This document shows positions 20,763-30,585 of a stretch of DNA of 64,000 nucleotides, piece after piece; positions within the stretch are counted from its first letter, which is position 1; each line of letters starts with the position of its first letter. Both the position numbers and the translations under genes were made by a program. The stretch is taken from assembly GCA_963809895.1 (NCBI GenBank), contig CAWELD010000003.1:2688001-2752000 (forward strand), read 5' to 3'. The DNA is from an uncultured Gemmatimonadales bacterium. Lineage in GTDB: Bacteria; Gemmatimonadota; Gemmatimonadetes; Longimicrobiales; Gaopeijiaceae. Below the pieces are notes generated by a model. The model worked only from the letters and a program-made list of their open reading frames with translations, did no database searches and had not been told where the DNA came from.

Positions 20763-21776
20763 TTACGCGCCATCCTCTCGTCTGCGGTTCTCCAACCACC
20801 AACGAAACGCGTCCGGCACACCCACCGCGGGACGCGTGGTCGGCATCCATCCCAGCTCCTCCCGCGCCCGCCGGCACGCGAAGGGGTTGCCGCGCGTGAG
20901 CACGTCCAGCGTCGCCCCGGCGTAGCGAGCGACCTCACCCCGCCCGGTCAGCCGCAGCCCCACCGCCAGGGCCCCCAGCGCCGCGGCACCCAGCGCCCGC
21001 GGAAGCCGCGGCGCCCAGATCCGGCGCCCCAATCCCTCGCCGGCCCAGCGCACCAACTCTTCGACGGTGATGGGAACATCCTCGGTGAGGTGGTAGACGC
21101 GCCCAGCCGGTCGATCCGCGCCCCCCGCCAGGACCGCTCCTTCCGCCACCGAGCGAGCGTGCACCAGACTGAGCGTGGTCTGTCCGCCCCCGAAGAGCGG
21201 AAACAGGCCCCGCTCGAGGACCGGTCCGACCCGGGGCGCGAACTGCCGGTCCCGGCGACCGTACATGACGGGAGGGCGCACGACGGCCGCCCACACCCGG
21301 CCCCGGGCGCACGCCTCCAGCACGACGGCCTCGGCCTCCTGCTTGGAGCGTCCGTAGCCGTCGTGGACCGGCAGCTCGGGCACAGGCGTGTCTTCGTCCA
21401 CCGGCGCCAGATCCCAGCGCTGCTGCCCGAACACCGCGGTGGAGCTCACGTGCACGAGTCGGGCACCGGCCACGCGGGCGGCCTCCACCACGTGCGCGGT
21501 CCCGCGTACGTTCACGGCGCGGAAGGCCTCCACATCCGTGTCCGCACCGATGGCACCGGCGGCGTGGAAGATCTGGGCGCACCCGGCGGCGGCCTCCGTG
21601 AGCGACGCCGGATCGGTCACGTCTCTCCGCACGGGCACCGCGCCCAACTCCGTCACCAGCCGCGCGCCCGCCTCGTCCCGCACCAACGCCCGCACCGGAC
21701 AACCCTCTCGGTGAAGGACCTCGCACAGATGGGATCCCAGCAACCCCGTGCTGCCCGTGACCAGCGCCGGCTTCAC
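20763..21776 (-). CDS. NAD-dependent epimerase/dehydratase (extended SDR)
   Basis: ALVTGSTGLLG, HVSSTAVFG, YGRSK; GGAGG before GTG 21776. Confidence 0.92.
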   Translation of the reverse strand: MKPALVTGSTGLLGSHLCEVLHREGCPVRALVRDEAGARLVTELGAVPVRRDVTDPASLTEAAAGCAQIFHAAGAIGADTDVEAFRAVNVRGTAHVVEAARVAGARLVHVSSTAVFGQQRWDLAPVDEDTPVPELPVHDGYGRSKQEAEAVVLEACARGRVWAAVVRPPVMYGRRDRQFAPRVGPVLERGLFPLFGGGQTTLSLVHARSVAEGAVLAGGADRPAGRVYHLTEDVPITVEELVRWAGEGLGRRIWAPRLPRALGAAALGALAVGLRLTGRGEVARYAGATLDVLTRGNPFACRRAREELGWMPTTRPAVGVPDAFRWWLENRRREDGA

Positions 21777-21829
21777 GTCGCCTCCGCCTCCGAGTTCGAT
21801 CATGCTCCATCATAACCCGACCCGCACGA

Positions 21830-21869
21830 CAACGGGCCCCGCGGGGCAGCTCGCCCGCGGGGCCCGTTG
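21830..21869 (-). terminator. intrinsic terminator-like hairpin after the ScyD/E gene
   Basis: Perfect arms CAACGGGCCCCGCGGG / CCCGCGGGGCCCGTTG; weak U tail. Confidence 0.7.
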
Positions 21870-21899
21870 CGGCCGGAGATCCGGCGTGGCTCGGGTGGG

Positions 21900-23051
21900 T
21901 TACATGCCCGGTGCGGCGATGCCCGGGTACTTCACGACCTCGCCCGAACCCGGTGCACCCACGCCGTTGATCGTAATGTAGGCATCCCCCGCGGCATTGA
22001 ACGACACCGCCGTGGGCAGGGAAAGCCCCGACAGCACCGCCACCGACGTGCTGTCCCCCGGCATGATGCGCATGAGCGCGCCGGAATTGGGTTGCGGTCC
22101 CTCCTCACCGAAGACGCCCATGGACACGGCGTACATGTTGCCGTCCGGGGCCGCCTTGAGATCGGTGAGCATGGTCAACCCGGTGGCGTAGTCCTCGTAG
22201 GTTCCGTCGTCGGTGTTCACCTGCACCACCCGGCTCAGCCCCGGCAGGAAGGGCACGCCGGTGAGGAGCGACACGTAGGTGTTGCCATTGAGGAAGACCA
22301 CCCCCGTGGGCACCGCCTCGATCTCCATGGCGTTCCCGCGGTTGGGATTGGGGATCGGGCCCGGATACGGCCCGAACACGGCCTTGAGGGTGACCTCACC
22401 GGTGGAGGGATCCATGGTGAGGAGGTCGTTGCCCGCCGCATCGGCGATCCAGAGCATGCCGTCGGGCCCCGCGGTAAGACCGTAGGTGTGGCTCTCCACC
22501 AGCGCACCCTCCGGGTTCTGCGACTTCTCCAGGTCCCAGGTGTTGCCCACCTCGGTGAACTGGCCGTCGTCGTAGCGCAGAACCGCGGCGAAATGGGGGA
22601 GTCGGTCCACGGAGCTGCCGTCGCTCCATCCCATGCTGCTCACGTAGAGCTGGCCGTCGAGCATCACGATGCGGTTGGCGCCCTCCGGCCCATCGGCGAA
22701 TCCGAGCGAGGGGAGGTTGCCCATGTCGGCCTGCGTGCCGTCGGGCGTCACGCGCACCAGGCGCGCGGTCTCACCCCAGCCCATCTTCGTGGGCGTGCCG
22801 TCCTCGATGGAGGGCGTGACGATGGAGTCGTTCCCGCCCAGACCGCTGTCCACCACCCACACGTTGCCGGCGTCGTCGACCATGACACCCATGGGGCCGT
22901 TGAGCCCGGTGGCCACCACCGAGGGTGTGTCGGCGGCCATGGCCATGTCGCCGCCCCCTTCCTCTCCGGCGTCTCCCCCGCCTCCGCAGGCGGCGACTCC
23001 GAAGGTGAGAACCACTGCCGAACAGACCAACTGGGACATTCGCTTGCTCAT
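21900..23051 (-). CDS. ScyD/ScyE-family beta-propeller lipoprotein
   Basis: ATG 23051 with CAGGAG; lipobox VAAC; VATGLNGP, IADAAGNDLL, EAVPTGV and LTGVPFLPG family motifs. Confidence 0.85.
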   Translation of the reverse strand: MSKRMSQLVCSAVVLTFGVAACGGGGDAGEEGGGDMAMAADTPSVVATGLNGPMGVMVDDAGNVWVVDSGLGGNDSIVTPSIEDGTPTKMGWGETARLVRVTPDGTQADMGNLPSLGFADGPEGANRIVMLDGQLYVSSMGWSDGSSVDRLPHFAAVLRYDDGQFTEVGNTWDLEKSQNPEGALVESHTYGLTAGPDGMLWIADAAGNDLLTMDPSTGEVTLKAVFGPYPGPIPNPNRGNAMEIEAVPTGVVFLNGNTYVSLLTGVPFLPGLSRVVQVNTDDGTYEDYATGLTMLTDLKAAPDGNMYAVSMGVFGEEGPQPNSGALMRIMPGDSTSVAVLSGLSLPTAVSFNAAGDAYITINGVGAPGSGEVVKYPGIAAPGM

Positions 23052-23157
23052 GCTTCGCTCCTGTGGAACAGAGTGGCGTATCGTATGCCTCCATGGGCCA
23101 CCGCCCCGCTCCGGACGCCCGCAGGCTCCGGCCCCACCGCGTCCCAGGCCCCCTGCG

Positions 23158-23587
23158 TCAATCCTCCTCGTGCTCGCGAGACAACATGAATACCAGCGCA
23201 TCCAGGTCCTCGGGCGACAGCCCGGTGTAGGCCGGCATGGTGAACCGGGTGTGCTCGTAGCCCGGAACCTTGTAGGCGCCGGGATTCTGGATGCTCTCGC
23301 GGATGTAGTCGGTCGCCGAGACCGCTTGACCGTGGTAGTTCGGATCGTGGATCCGTGCCTCCGCATGCGTGGCCACCCCGTCGTGAGACGGCGCGAACGC
23401 ACCGCCGGTGCCGGCCCGGGTCAGCGTGTGGCAGGTACCGCAGTGCTGCTCGTGGTAGACCTCGACCCCTCGCTCCTCCAGCCGCGCTTCGGCCTCGGAC
23501 AGGTTGTCGGCCCCGGCGCAGCTTGCAGCCGCTCAACGATCCCAGGAGCAGGCCGGCGGACACCACACACAGGGCGCGCATCGTCAT
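23158..23587 (-). CDS. monoheme cytochrome c lipoprotein; frameshift at ~23521
   Basis: MTMRALC...LSGC lipobox in one frame, then GVEVYHEQHCGTCH...DYIRESIQNP...FTMPAY in the next frame; ATGA overlap with the TonB receptor stop. Confidence 0.85.
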
Positions 23588-25669
23588 CCTCCGTGCACCG
23601 TGAGCGCGATGGAGAGCGACCGCCCCGCGCCCGGATGCATCATGCGCACGTTGGTCTGCTGGAAGGGATCGAAGAGCAGGTAGCCCCAACTCTCGTACTG
23701 GTGATCGAAGGCGTTTCGGATGGACGCCGTGGCGTCGACCCGCCCCACGGTCCAGCGAAGCGCGGCGTCCAGCAGGCTGGCTCCTTCCACCGTGGCGGTG
23801 TTCTCGTCGTCCAGGTACGTGTCTCCGATGAACCGGTGCGTGAGGGTCAGAGCCAGATCCCGGGCCAGCCCCAGACGGGCCGACGTCACGAACGACGTCT
23901 CGGGGATGTTCTTGAGCTGATTGCCCTCGTACTCCGATGCCCGGAAGGTGGCGCGGGTGTAGGTGGCGGCATGGGTCACCTCCAGCACTCGGCGACAGCA
24001 CGGCACGGAGCGAGCCCTCGAATCCGGTGTGACGGCTCTGCTGGATGTTGCCGTAGCGGAAGGTCTGCAGATCGAAGTCGATCTCGTCGTCCAGCTCCTG
24101 GCGATAGACCGTAGCGGACAGCTCCGCGAAGCGGCCGGGAGTCCCCAGGGGGATGCGCTGATAGACGCCCAGCTCGACGGACGTGGAGCGCTGGGGCTTC
24201 AGCGCCGGGTTGGACAGGTTCACCGTCTGGCCGGGCTGGCCGGTGGGGATCTCCCGCACGTCGTAGAGCTGATCCAGCGTGGGCGCCTTGAAGGCCCGCG
24301 TCCACGTCGCGAACGCGTTGCCCCGAGCCCCTGGGTGCGTGGAATACGCCAGGTTGAGCCCCAGACGCGGCGACCACTGGTCGAAGGAAGGCGACGCGCC
24401 GGTCTCGCCGTCCTGCGTCGGCCGCACCAGGTCGAAGCGCACGCCGGCGTCGAGGCGCAGGCGCGATCCGAGGTCCTGAACGGCCTGGGCGTGGAGCGCC
24501 AGCTTGGTACGATGTCCGTCACCCTCGGTGAGGAGCGCGCCCGTCTCCGGATCGTGATACCGGCTCCGGTAGCTGGCGAGCTCCGCCTCACCACCCACCC
24601 GGACCTCACCAGCGGCGACGGGGGTCGCCCAGTCGAGACGGCCCCACGCGCTGTTGCTGCCGTCGTCCTGCTGTTGCGTATCGCCGAAGGCCGGCGCCAG
24701 CAGGATCGTCCGGGTGCGATCCTGGTCGAAGTGACGCAGGCTCACCGCAGCGTCCAGGTGGCTTCCGTCGTCGAACACGCGCCGGCCGCCGCCGTCGAGA
24801 CGGGCAGCTGTGCGCGTGCGCTCGTCGGCGGCGAACGGCGAGGCGCTCTGGAGCGGATCCTCGGCCAGTGCATCCGGCGTCAGCGGGCCAGGCTCCTGGT
24901 TCGCGATGCGGCTGAAGGAGAACCGCCCGAAGAGCGCACGGCGTCCGTCGGCGGCGTCCCGGCGGAACGACAGCGTCCCGCTGCCGCGGCTCGACTCGGA
25001 GTGCGCCCGGTATCCGTCCTCCCGGTCCACGTCCACCGAGGCCCGCAGCCGGCCCGCCCCCAGGCTCCGGGCGACGGCGCCCTGGAGTCCCAACCCGCCC
25101 CACGAGCCCAGGGTCACGGCCGCCTCGCTGCTCTCCGGAGCATCGGCTCCCCGGGTGACCACGTTCACCACCGCGCCGAGGGCGGCGTCGCCGTAGGCCA
25201 CCGATGCCGATCCCCGGAGAACCTCGATGCGCTGAATTTCCGACAGGGGGATCTGTGTCCACTCCACCAGCCCGGTGCGATCGTCGTTGACCGGGACACC
25301 GTCGATGGTCAGGAGCACGTACGACGTCTCGCCACCACCGAAGAAGCCCCGGGCCACCGCCATGGGCAGCTTCCCGGAGCCGTCGCGCTCCACGAAGACC
25401 AGACCGGGAATCGACCGCAGCACATCCGGAAGCGTACGCGCCGGACGCCCCAGGAGATCACCCCGGGTGAGCAGGCTGGTAGCGGCCACCGATTCCCGGA
25501 GCGGTGTCGCGAAGTGATCCACGACCACCACGAGCTCATCCAACCGGTAGGCCGGCGTCGCAAGGGAGTCGGCTTGAGCCGACAGGGAGGAGACGCTACT
25601 GCCGAGGAGCAGGGCGATCAAAAGCACTCGCCGCGCACGCGGCGCGGCGAACGGGGAGGGAGCGATCAA
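23584..25669 (-). CDS. TonB-dependent receptor; frameshift at ~23990; start approximate
   Basis: Signal peptide, LDELVVV TonB-box-like segment, plug RIEVLRGSASVAYG...GAVVNVVTR, AFKAPTLDQLY, NPALKPQ. The C-terminal barrel (IRNAFD...PGAGRSL) is in ORF 23584-24006. Confidence 0.88.
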
Positions 25670-25876
25670 GTTTATGTCGGCCAGCTGGGGGGTGGCACGG
25701 CCCGCGGAACCCGTTCCGGGGCCACACGTGAAGGCAGAAGTAATACGGTCACATCCAAAATGCCAAGGATTTTCTCGCTGGGCCTCCTCGCCGGAAGCGT
25801 CTTGCCCGAGACTGACACGGAAGATATCTATTACATTCACGTATGTCTTAGAAATCACCGGGATCGGGGGTGTGGA

Positions 25877-26197
25877 GTGAAGGGAGAGCGCCTGGGCGAG
25901 TTCGAAGAGCTGGTCCTGCTGTGCGTGCGACAGCTCGGCGACGCGGCCCACGGAAGTGCCATCCAGGAGGTCCTCTCCGACGAGGCATCCCGAGACGTCA
26001 CGCTGGGCTCCATCTACTCGGCCCTGGACCGGGCACAGCGGAAGGGTCTGGCGGACTCCTGGATGGGCGAGCCCACCGCGGTCCGGGGCGGTAGAGCCAA
26101 GCGCCATTACGCCGTCACCACCGAAGGCGAGGAGGCCCTCCGGGAGAGCCGCAGAGTGCGGGAGCTGCTGTGGGTCGGGTCGGGAGGCGCCGGATGA
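25877..26197 (+). CDS. PadR-family transcriptional regulator
   Basis: LGEFEELVLL...GSIYSALDR..RKG...RGGRAKRHYAVT.EG; AT-rich segment upstream (25821-25856). Confidence 0.93.
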   Translation: MKGERLGEFEELVLLCVRQLGDAAHGSAIQEVLSDEASRDVTLGSIYSALDRAQRKGLADSWMGEPTAVRGGRAKRHYAVTTEGEEALRESRRVRELLWVGSGGAG

Positions 26198-28908
26198 CCC
26201 GCCAGGAGCCGGAGCTCCCCCGGCTCCTGCGCCGGCTGCTCGCCGCGATCCTCCCCAGCGATCGCCGGGAGGACGGCCTCGGCGATCTGGAAGAAGGATA
26301 CCGGGCCCGCTGGAGGCGGAAGGGCCCGGCCTCGGCGCGCCGCTATCTGTGGCGGGAGACCGCGTCGTTGCTCCGTTGGCGGCTCCTGGGCCGACACGGG
26401 ACCGACGCCGCACGGGCTCAGGAGCCGAGCAGATCGAGCCTCGACACGACGATGGGAGGAGGGACGATGGGACGGGATCTCGGGCTGGACCTGCGCTTCG
26501 CCGTGAGAACGCTGGCCCGCCGGCCGGGCTTCGCCTTCACGGCGATCCTCGTGCTGGGGCTGGGCATTGGCGCCCCCACCACCGTGCTCACGTTGGTGAA
26601 CCGCATCTTCTTCTGGCGCCCACCCGAAGTCGTGGAGCCTCACCGCTTGCTGAGGATCTATCGCTCGTGGGCACCCGGTGAGGGCGGTGGGTCCATGCAG
26701 AACGCCGACTTTGCGTACTACCGTGACAACGCCACGACGCTGGCGGCCCTGGCAGCGTTCAGCGGAAACGTGACCGTGTCCTGGTCCACCACCGCCGACG
26801 ACGCCGGCCAACTCGAGACGCGCTTCGTTTCCGCCAACTACTTCGGCCTGTTGGGCGTGGAGCCGGAGCTGGGCCGGACCTTCCTTCCCGAAGAGAACGC
26901 GGACCCCGGCACCCACCCCGTGGCCCTCCTGAGCCACGGCTTCTGGCGAAACGCGCTGGGAGCGGATCCCACCGTCGTGGGTCGGAGCATCACCCTCAAC
27001 GGACATCCGTTCACCGTGGTGGGCGTCGCGCCGCCGGACTTCCAGGGCCTGAGCCCCGTGGATCAGGTCCCCGACGCCTGGGTGCCGCTGGCCATGTTCG
27101 GGACGCTGACCCGGGCGGCGTACACCTCGTGGTGGGAGCGGCTCCCGAACCAACGGAGCAACTGGCTCTCCCTCGTGGGTCGGCTCGCGCCCGGCGTGAC
27201 CTTCGAGGCGGCAGACGCGAACCTTCAGGCGCTGTCGGCATCCCTCACCTATCCCGGGCGCCCCGACGAGGAAGGTGTGCTGGTCACTCGGGACTACCTG
27301 TACCGTCCCAGCCAGAGCTCCATGCTGACGACGCTGTCGGGACTCCTGCTGGCGGTGGTGGCCATCGTTCTCGTGGTGGCCATGGCCAACGTGGCCGTGC
27401 TCCTGCTGTCCCGCGCGTCCACGCGCAGCCGGGAGCTGGGCATTCGCACCGCCATGGGCGCCGGTCGGAGTCGCCTCCTGCGGCAGCTCCTCACCGAGGC
27501 GCTGGTCCTGGGGCTCGCGGGCGGCGCTGTGGGCGTGGCGCTGGCCTGGACGCTCTCGGACCTCGCGGCGTCGCTGCTCCCCCTGTCCTTCGTCGGCAGC
27601 TTCAGGCCCGACGCGCGGGTGCTGGCCGCGGCGGTCGCACTCTCGCTGGTCACGGCCATGGGCGTAGGCCTGGTGCCGGCGTTGCGCGGCGCACGTGGGG
27701 CGGCGGCCACCATCCACGGCTCCCGGGTGGCGGGCGGACAGAGCCGTGTCCGCGACGCGCTGGTGGTGGGCCAGGTGGCGCTCTCGCTCACGCTGGTGGC
27801 GGGCGCGATCCTCTTCGGACGCAGCTTCTGGACCGCGCACACCAAGGATCTGGGTTTCGAGACCGACCATCGCCTCGCTCTTCAGGTCGACCTGCGAGCG
27901 CGTGGCTACGAGCCGCCCGAGGGGCGAGCCTTCATCTCCAGCGCGCTGGAGCGGCTGGCCGCGCTCCCTGGGGTCGAGGAGGTCACGACCTCGCGCATGA
28001 TTCCGTTCCAGGGGGATTGGAGCGGCGACTTCACGCCGCCTCCGGGGGCCCGCCCCAACACGCCGGAAGGCCAGGCCTTCACCGGCTACAACGTGGTGTC
28101 GCCTGGCTACTTCCATTTGATGGGCATGCCCATGGTGCGCGGGCGACCCTTGGGCAGCGAAGACGTGGAGGGCAGCACGCCGGCCGTCGTGATCAACGAA
28201 AAGCTGGCCAACGACCTGTGGCCTGGCGAAGACCCTGTGGGGCGGACCCTCCCGCTCAGCGACGACAGGGATTTCACCGTCGTCGGCGTCGCGGCCAACG
28301 CCACCTACTACGAGCTGGACGAGGAACCGACGCCGCAGCTCTGGGGCTCGGTACAGCAGCTCTACCAGTCGCAGGTGGCCTTCCTGGTCCGGACCTCGGG
28401 CCCGCCGGCGTCCGTGGTTCCGGCCGCGGAGGCCGCACTCCGGGAGCTGGACCCCACCCTGGCCTTCGGAACGGTGACCACCCTGGACGCGGTATTCGAA
28501 GAGGTGACGGCCCGCTACCAGGTGTCCGCCATCCTGGTGGGGATCTTCAGCGCGCTGGCACTGGTGCTGGCGGTGACCGGGCTGTACGGCGTCGTCTCCT
28601 TCGCCGTCGTGCAACGGACGCGCGAGATCGGGGTGCGCATGGCCCTGGGCGCCGACCGCGGCCGGGTGGCCCGCCAGGTTCTGCGCTCCGGGCTGCGGCT
28701 CGCGGGGCTGGGCGTGGCGCTGGGCCTGCTGGCGGTGATCGCCTTGCGCGGGTTCACGGCGAGCCTGCTCTACGGCGTCGAGCCCGGAGATCCCCTGACT
28801 CTCGCCGCGGCGACGCTCACGCTCGTGGCGGTCACTCTGGTGGCGACGCTGGGACCGGCGCGCCGCGCCAGTCGGGTGGACCCTCTGGACGCCATGCGGG
28901 CCGAGTGA
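26194..28908 (+). CDS. duplicated MacB/FtsX-type ABC permease (ADOP family)
   Basis: DLRFAVRTLARRPGF, ANVAVLLLSR..RELGIR.AMGA, LVVGQVALS, RTREIGVRMALGA, PARRASRVDP; ATGA overlap with padR. Confidence 0.95.
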   Translation: MTRQEPELPRLLRRLLAAILPSDRREDGLGDLEEGYRARWRRKGPASARRYLWRETASLLRWRLLGRHGTDAARAQEPSRSSLDTTMGGGTMGRDLGLDLRFAVRTLARRPGFAFTAILVLGLGIGAPTTVLTLVNRIFFWRPPEVVEPHRLLRIYRSWAPGEGGGSMQNADFAYYRDNATTLAALAAFSGNVTVSWSTTADDAGQLETRFVSANYFGLLGVEPELGRTFLPEENADPGTHPVALLSHGFWRNALGADPTVVGRSITLNGHPFTVVGVAPPDFQGLSPVDQVPDAWVPLAMFGTLTRAAYTSWWERLPNQRSNWLSLVGRLAPGVTFEAADANLQALSASLTYPGRPDEEGVLVTRDYLYRPSQSSMLTTLSGLLLAVVAIVLVVAMANVAVLLLSRASTRSRELGIRTAMGAGRSRLLRQLLTEALVLGLAGGAVGVALAWTLSDLAASLLPLSFVGSFRPDARVLAAAVALSLVTAMGVGLVPALRGARGAAATIHGSRVAGGQSRVRDALVVGQVALSLTLVAGAILFGRSFWTAHTKDLGFETDHRLALQVDLRARGYEPPEGRAFISSALERLAALPGVEEVTTSRMIPFQGDWSGDFTPPPGARPNTPEGQAFTGYNVVSPGYFHLMGMPMVRGRPLGSEDVEGSTPAVVINEKLANDLWPGEDPVGRTLPLSDDRDFTVVGVAANATYYELDEEPTPQLWGSVQQLYQSQVAFLVRTSGPPASVVPAAEAALRELDPTLAFGTVTTLDAVFEEVTARYQVSAILVGIFSALALVLAVTGLYGVVSFAVVQRTREIGVRMALGADRGRVARQVLRSGLRLAGLGVALGLLAVIALRGFTASLLYGVEPGDPLTLAAATLTLVAVTLVATLGPARRASRVDPLDAMRAE

Positions 28909-28922
28909 GATCCGGCCTCGGG

Positions 28923-28951
28923 GAAACCCTGCGCGCCGAATCGGCGTAGAG
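28923..28951 (+). promoter_or_regulatory. putative ECF promoter GAAAC-N17-CGTAGAG
   Basis: Same CGTAGAG -10 as at 2191; directly upstream of the protease gene and overlapping its RBS. Confidence 0.45.
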
Positions 28952-28957
28952 GAGAGC

Positions 28958-30001
28958 GTGAGACTCTCGCGTATCCTCCGTTCGCCCGTCGGGCTGGTCC
29001 TGGCGCTGGTGGCCGACCTCCTGACCGGAGGCCTGAGCCCCCTGCACGCGCCGGGGCCCGTATCCCTGGACGCAGCCATGGCCGCGCAGGCTCGGGTGAC
29101 CGACGACTGGCTGACCATGCCCGGGGTGGTTGGAACCGCTGTGGGACTGGGCCCCCACGGCGGCGCCGTGGTGAAGGTCTACCTCACGGCCGCGGGCGTC
29201 GCGACCCTGCCCGCCAACGTGGCGGGCGTGCCCGTGCAACTCGAGGTGACCGGGCCCATCGTGGCGCTCGGTGAGCTCCCCGCGACCGCGGCCCGAGACG
29301 GGGGCGTGGACCCCAAGCGCGGTTTCCCCCGTCCCGTACCCATCGGGGTCAGCACGGGCCATCCCGACGTCACGGCCGGCACCATCGGCGCCAGGGTCAC
29401 GAACGGGACCCGCGTCTTCGGCCTCAGCAACAATCACGTCTACGCCGCCAACAACGGCGGGCGCACCGGCGATCCCCTCCTTCAGCCGGGCGTGGCCGAC
29501 GGCGGGCGGGCGCCCGACGACGTGGTGGGCACGCTCTACGACTACGAGCCCATCCGCTTCTGCAGCATGGGTCTGTGTCCGGCGAACGCCATCGACGCGG
29601 CGCTGGCGGCCACCACGCCGGAGGACCTCGGCGTCGAGACGCCGGAAGGCGGGTACGGAGCTCCCCGGTCCACCACGGCCGAGGCCCGCATCGGGCTGAA
29701 GGTCCAGAAGTACGGACGCACCACCGGCCACACCCGGGGTCGGGTGACGGGCCTCAACGCCACCATCAACGTGAGCTACCGGACGGGCACGGCCCGCTTC
29801 ACCAACCAGATCGTCGTCACCGGCGATGGCTTCAGCGCCGGTGGCGATTCGGGCTCACTCATCGTCACCGACGGCGTTCTGGCCGGTGACCGCCGGCCCG
29901 TGGGGCTGTTGTTCGCCGGCAGCGCCAACAGCACGATCGCCAATCCCATCGACGCGGTGCTGGCGCGCTTCGACGTCACCATCGACGGAGGCGGCTCGTG
30001 A
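28958..30001 (+). CDS. trypsin-like (S1, Nal1-type) serine protease with N-terminal prodomain
   Basis: Triad motifs LSNNHV, IDAALA and GDSGS; also AGTIGA, KYGRTTGHTRG, VGLLFAGS. Confidence 0.9.
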   Translation: MRLSRILRSPVGLVLALVADLLTGGLSPLHAPGPVSLDAAMAAQARVTDDWLTMPGVVGTAVGLGPHGGAVVKVYLTAAGVATLPANVAGVPVQLEVTGPIVALGELPATAARDGGVDPKRGFPRPVPIGVSTGHPDVTAGTIGARVTNGTRVFGLSNNHVYAANNGGRTGDPLLQPGVADGGRAPDDVVGTLYDYEPIRFCSMGLCPANAIDAALAATTPEDLGVETPEGGYGAPRSTTAEARIGLKVQKYGRTTGHTRGRVTGLNATINVSYRTGTARFTNQIVVTGDGFSAGGDSGSLIVTDGVLAGDRRPVGLLFAGSANSTIANPIDAVLARFDVTIDGGGS

Positions 30002-30207
30002 GCGACGCCCTCAACGCGGCCCACCGTAAGCTGACGGACCAGGTCATCGATCGGGACGGCGTCTCGGGAACGGCCATCGGCGAGCAAGGCGGCAAGCCTT
30101 GCCTCAAGGTCTACGTCAGCACCGACGAGGCGGCCCGCGCCGCGCCGCGTTCCGTGGACGGATTTCCCGTGGTGGTCGAGAAGACCGGGGTCTTCCGCCG
30201 GCGCTGA
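29998..30207 (+). CDS. 69-aa protein homologous to the protease N-terminal domain
   Basis: GTGA overlap; GVSGTAIG...LKVYV...PRSVDGFPVVVEKTG aligns with the protease GVVGTAVG...VKVYL...PANVAGVPVQLEVTG. Confidence 0.85.
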   Translation: MSDALNAAHRKLTDQVIDRDGVSGTAIGEQGGKPCLKVYVSTDEAARAAPRSVDGFPVVVEKTGVFRRR

Positions 30208-30311
30208 CCGGCACGCTGTCCTTCCCTTCTCTCGTCATCGGTTGCCCTCACACCCGCCTCTCCGGCAGAATCAGGAGAAAGGTGGGATGTTTCAGTCTCG
30301 AGAGGTGAAGG

Positions 30312-30575
30312 GTGAACGACGACCGACGGCGCAAACGAAGAGAGATCCGGCTGATCCAGAACGAATCGTCGTGGCTGCAGAAAGCACTGTTCGCGCTGGG
30401 CAAGGCCGAGGACGCCCGGGACAAGCTCGCTGACATGCGCGGCGAGGAGCCCGAGCCCTTCGAGTTGGAGCTCGACGGCGACAAGCTCTCGGTGGAGCGC
30501 TTCGAGGAGGCGTTGGAGAAAAGGACCCAGACGCTCCTCTCCCTCATCCGGGCCCGCCGGCGGACGCTGGGATAG
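30312..30575 (+). CDS. hypothetical protein, 87 aa, charged and helical
   Basis: GAGGTG RBS, good codon bias, TTGCCC-N18-CAGAAT upstream. Confidence 0.78.
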   Translation: MNDDRRRKRREIRLIQNESSWLQKALFALGKAEDARDKLADMRGEEPEPFELELDGDKLSVERFEEALEKRTQTLLSLIRARRRTLG

Positions 30576-30585
30576 CTCCCCCGGG

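Noticed and set aside
21900..23051. Scytonemin biosynthesis
   Set aside because: Only a ScyD/E-family domain; no scyABC or aromatic amino acid pathway genes.
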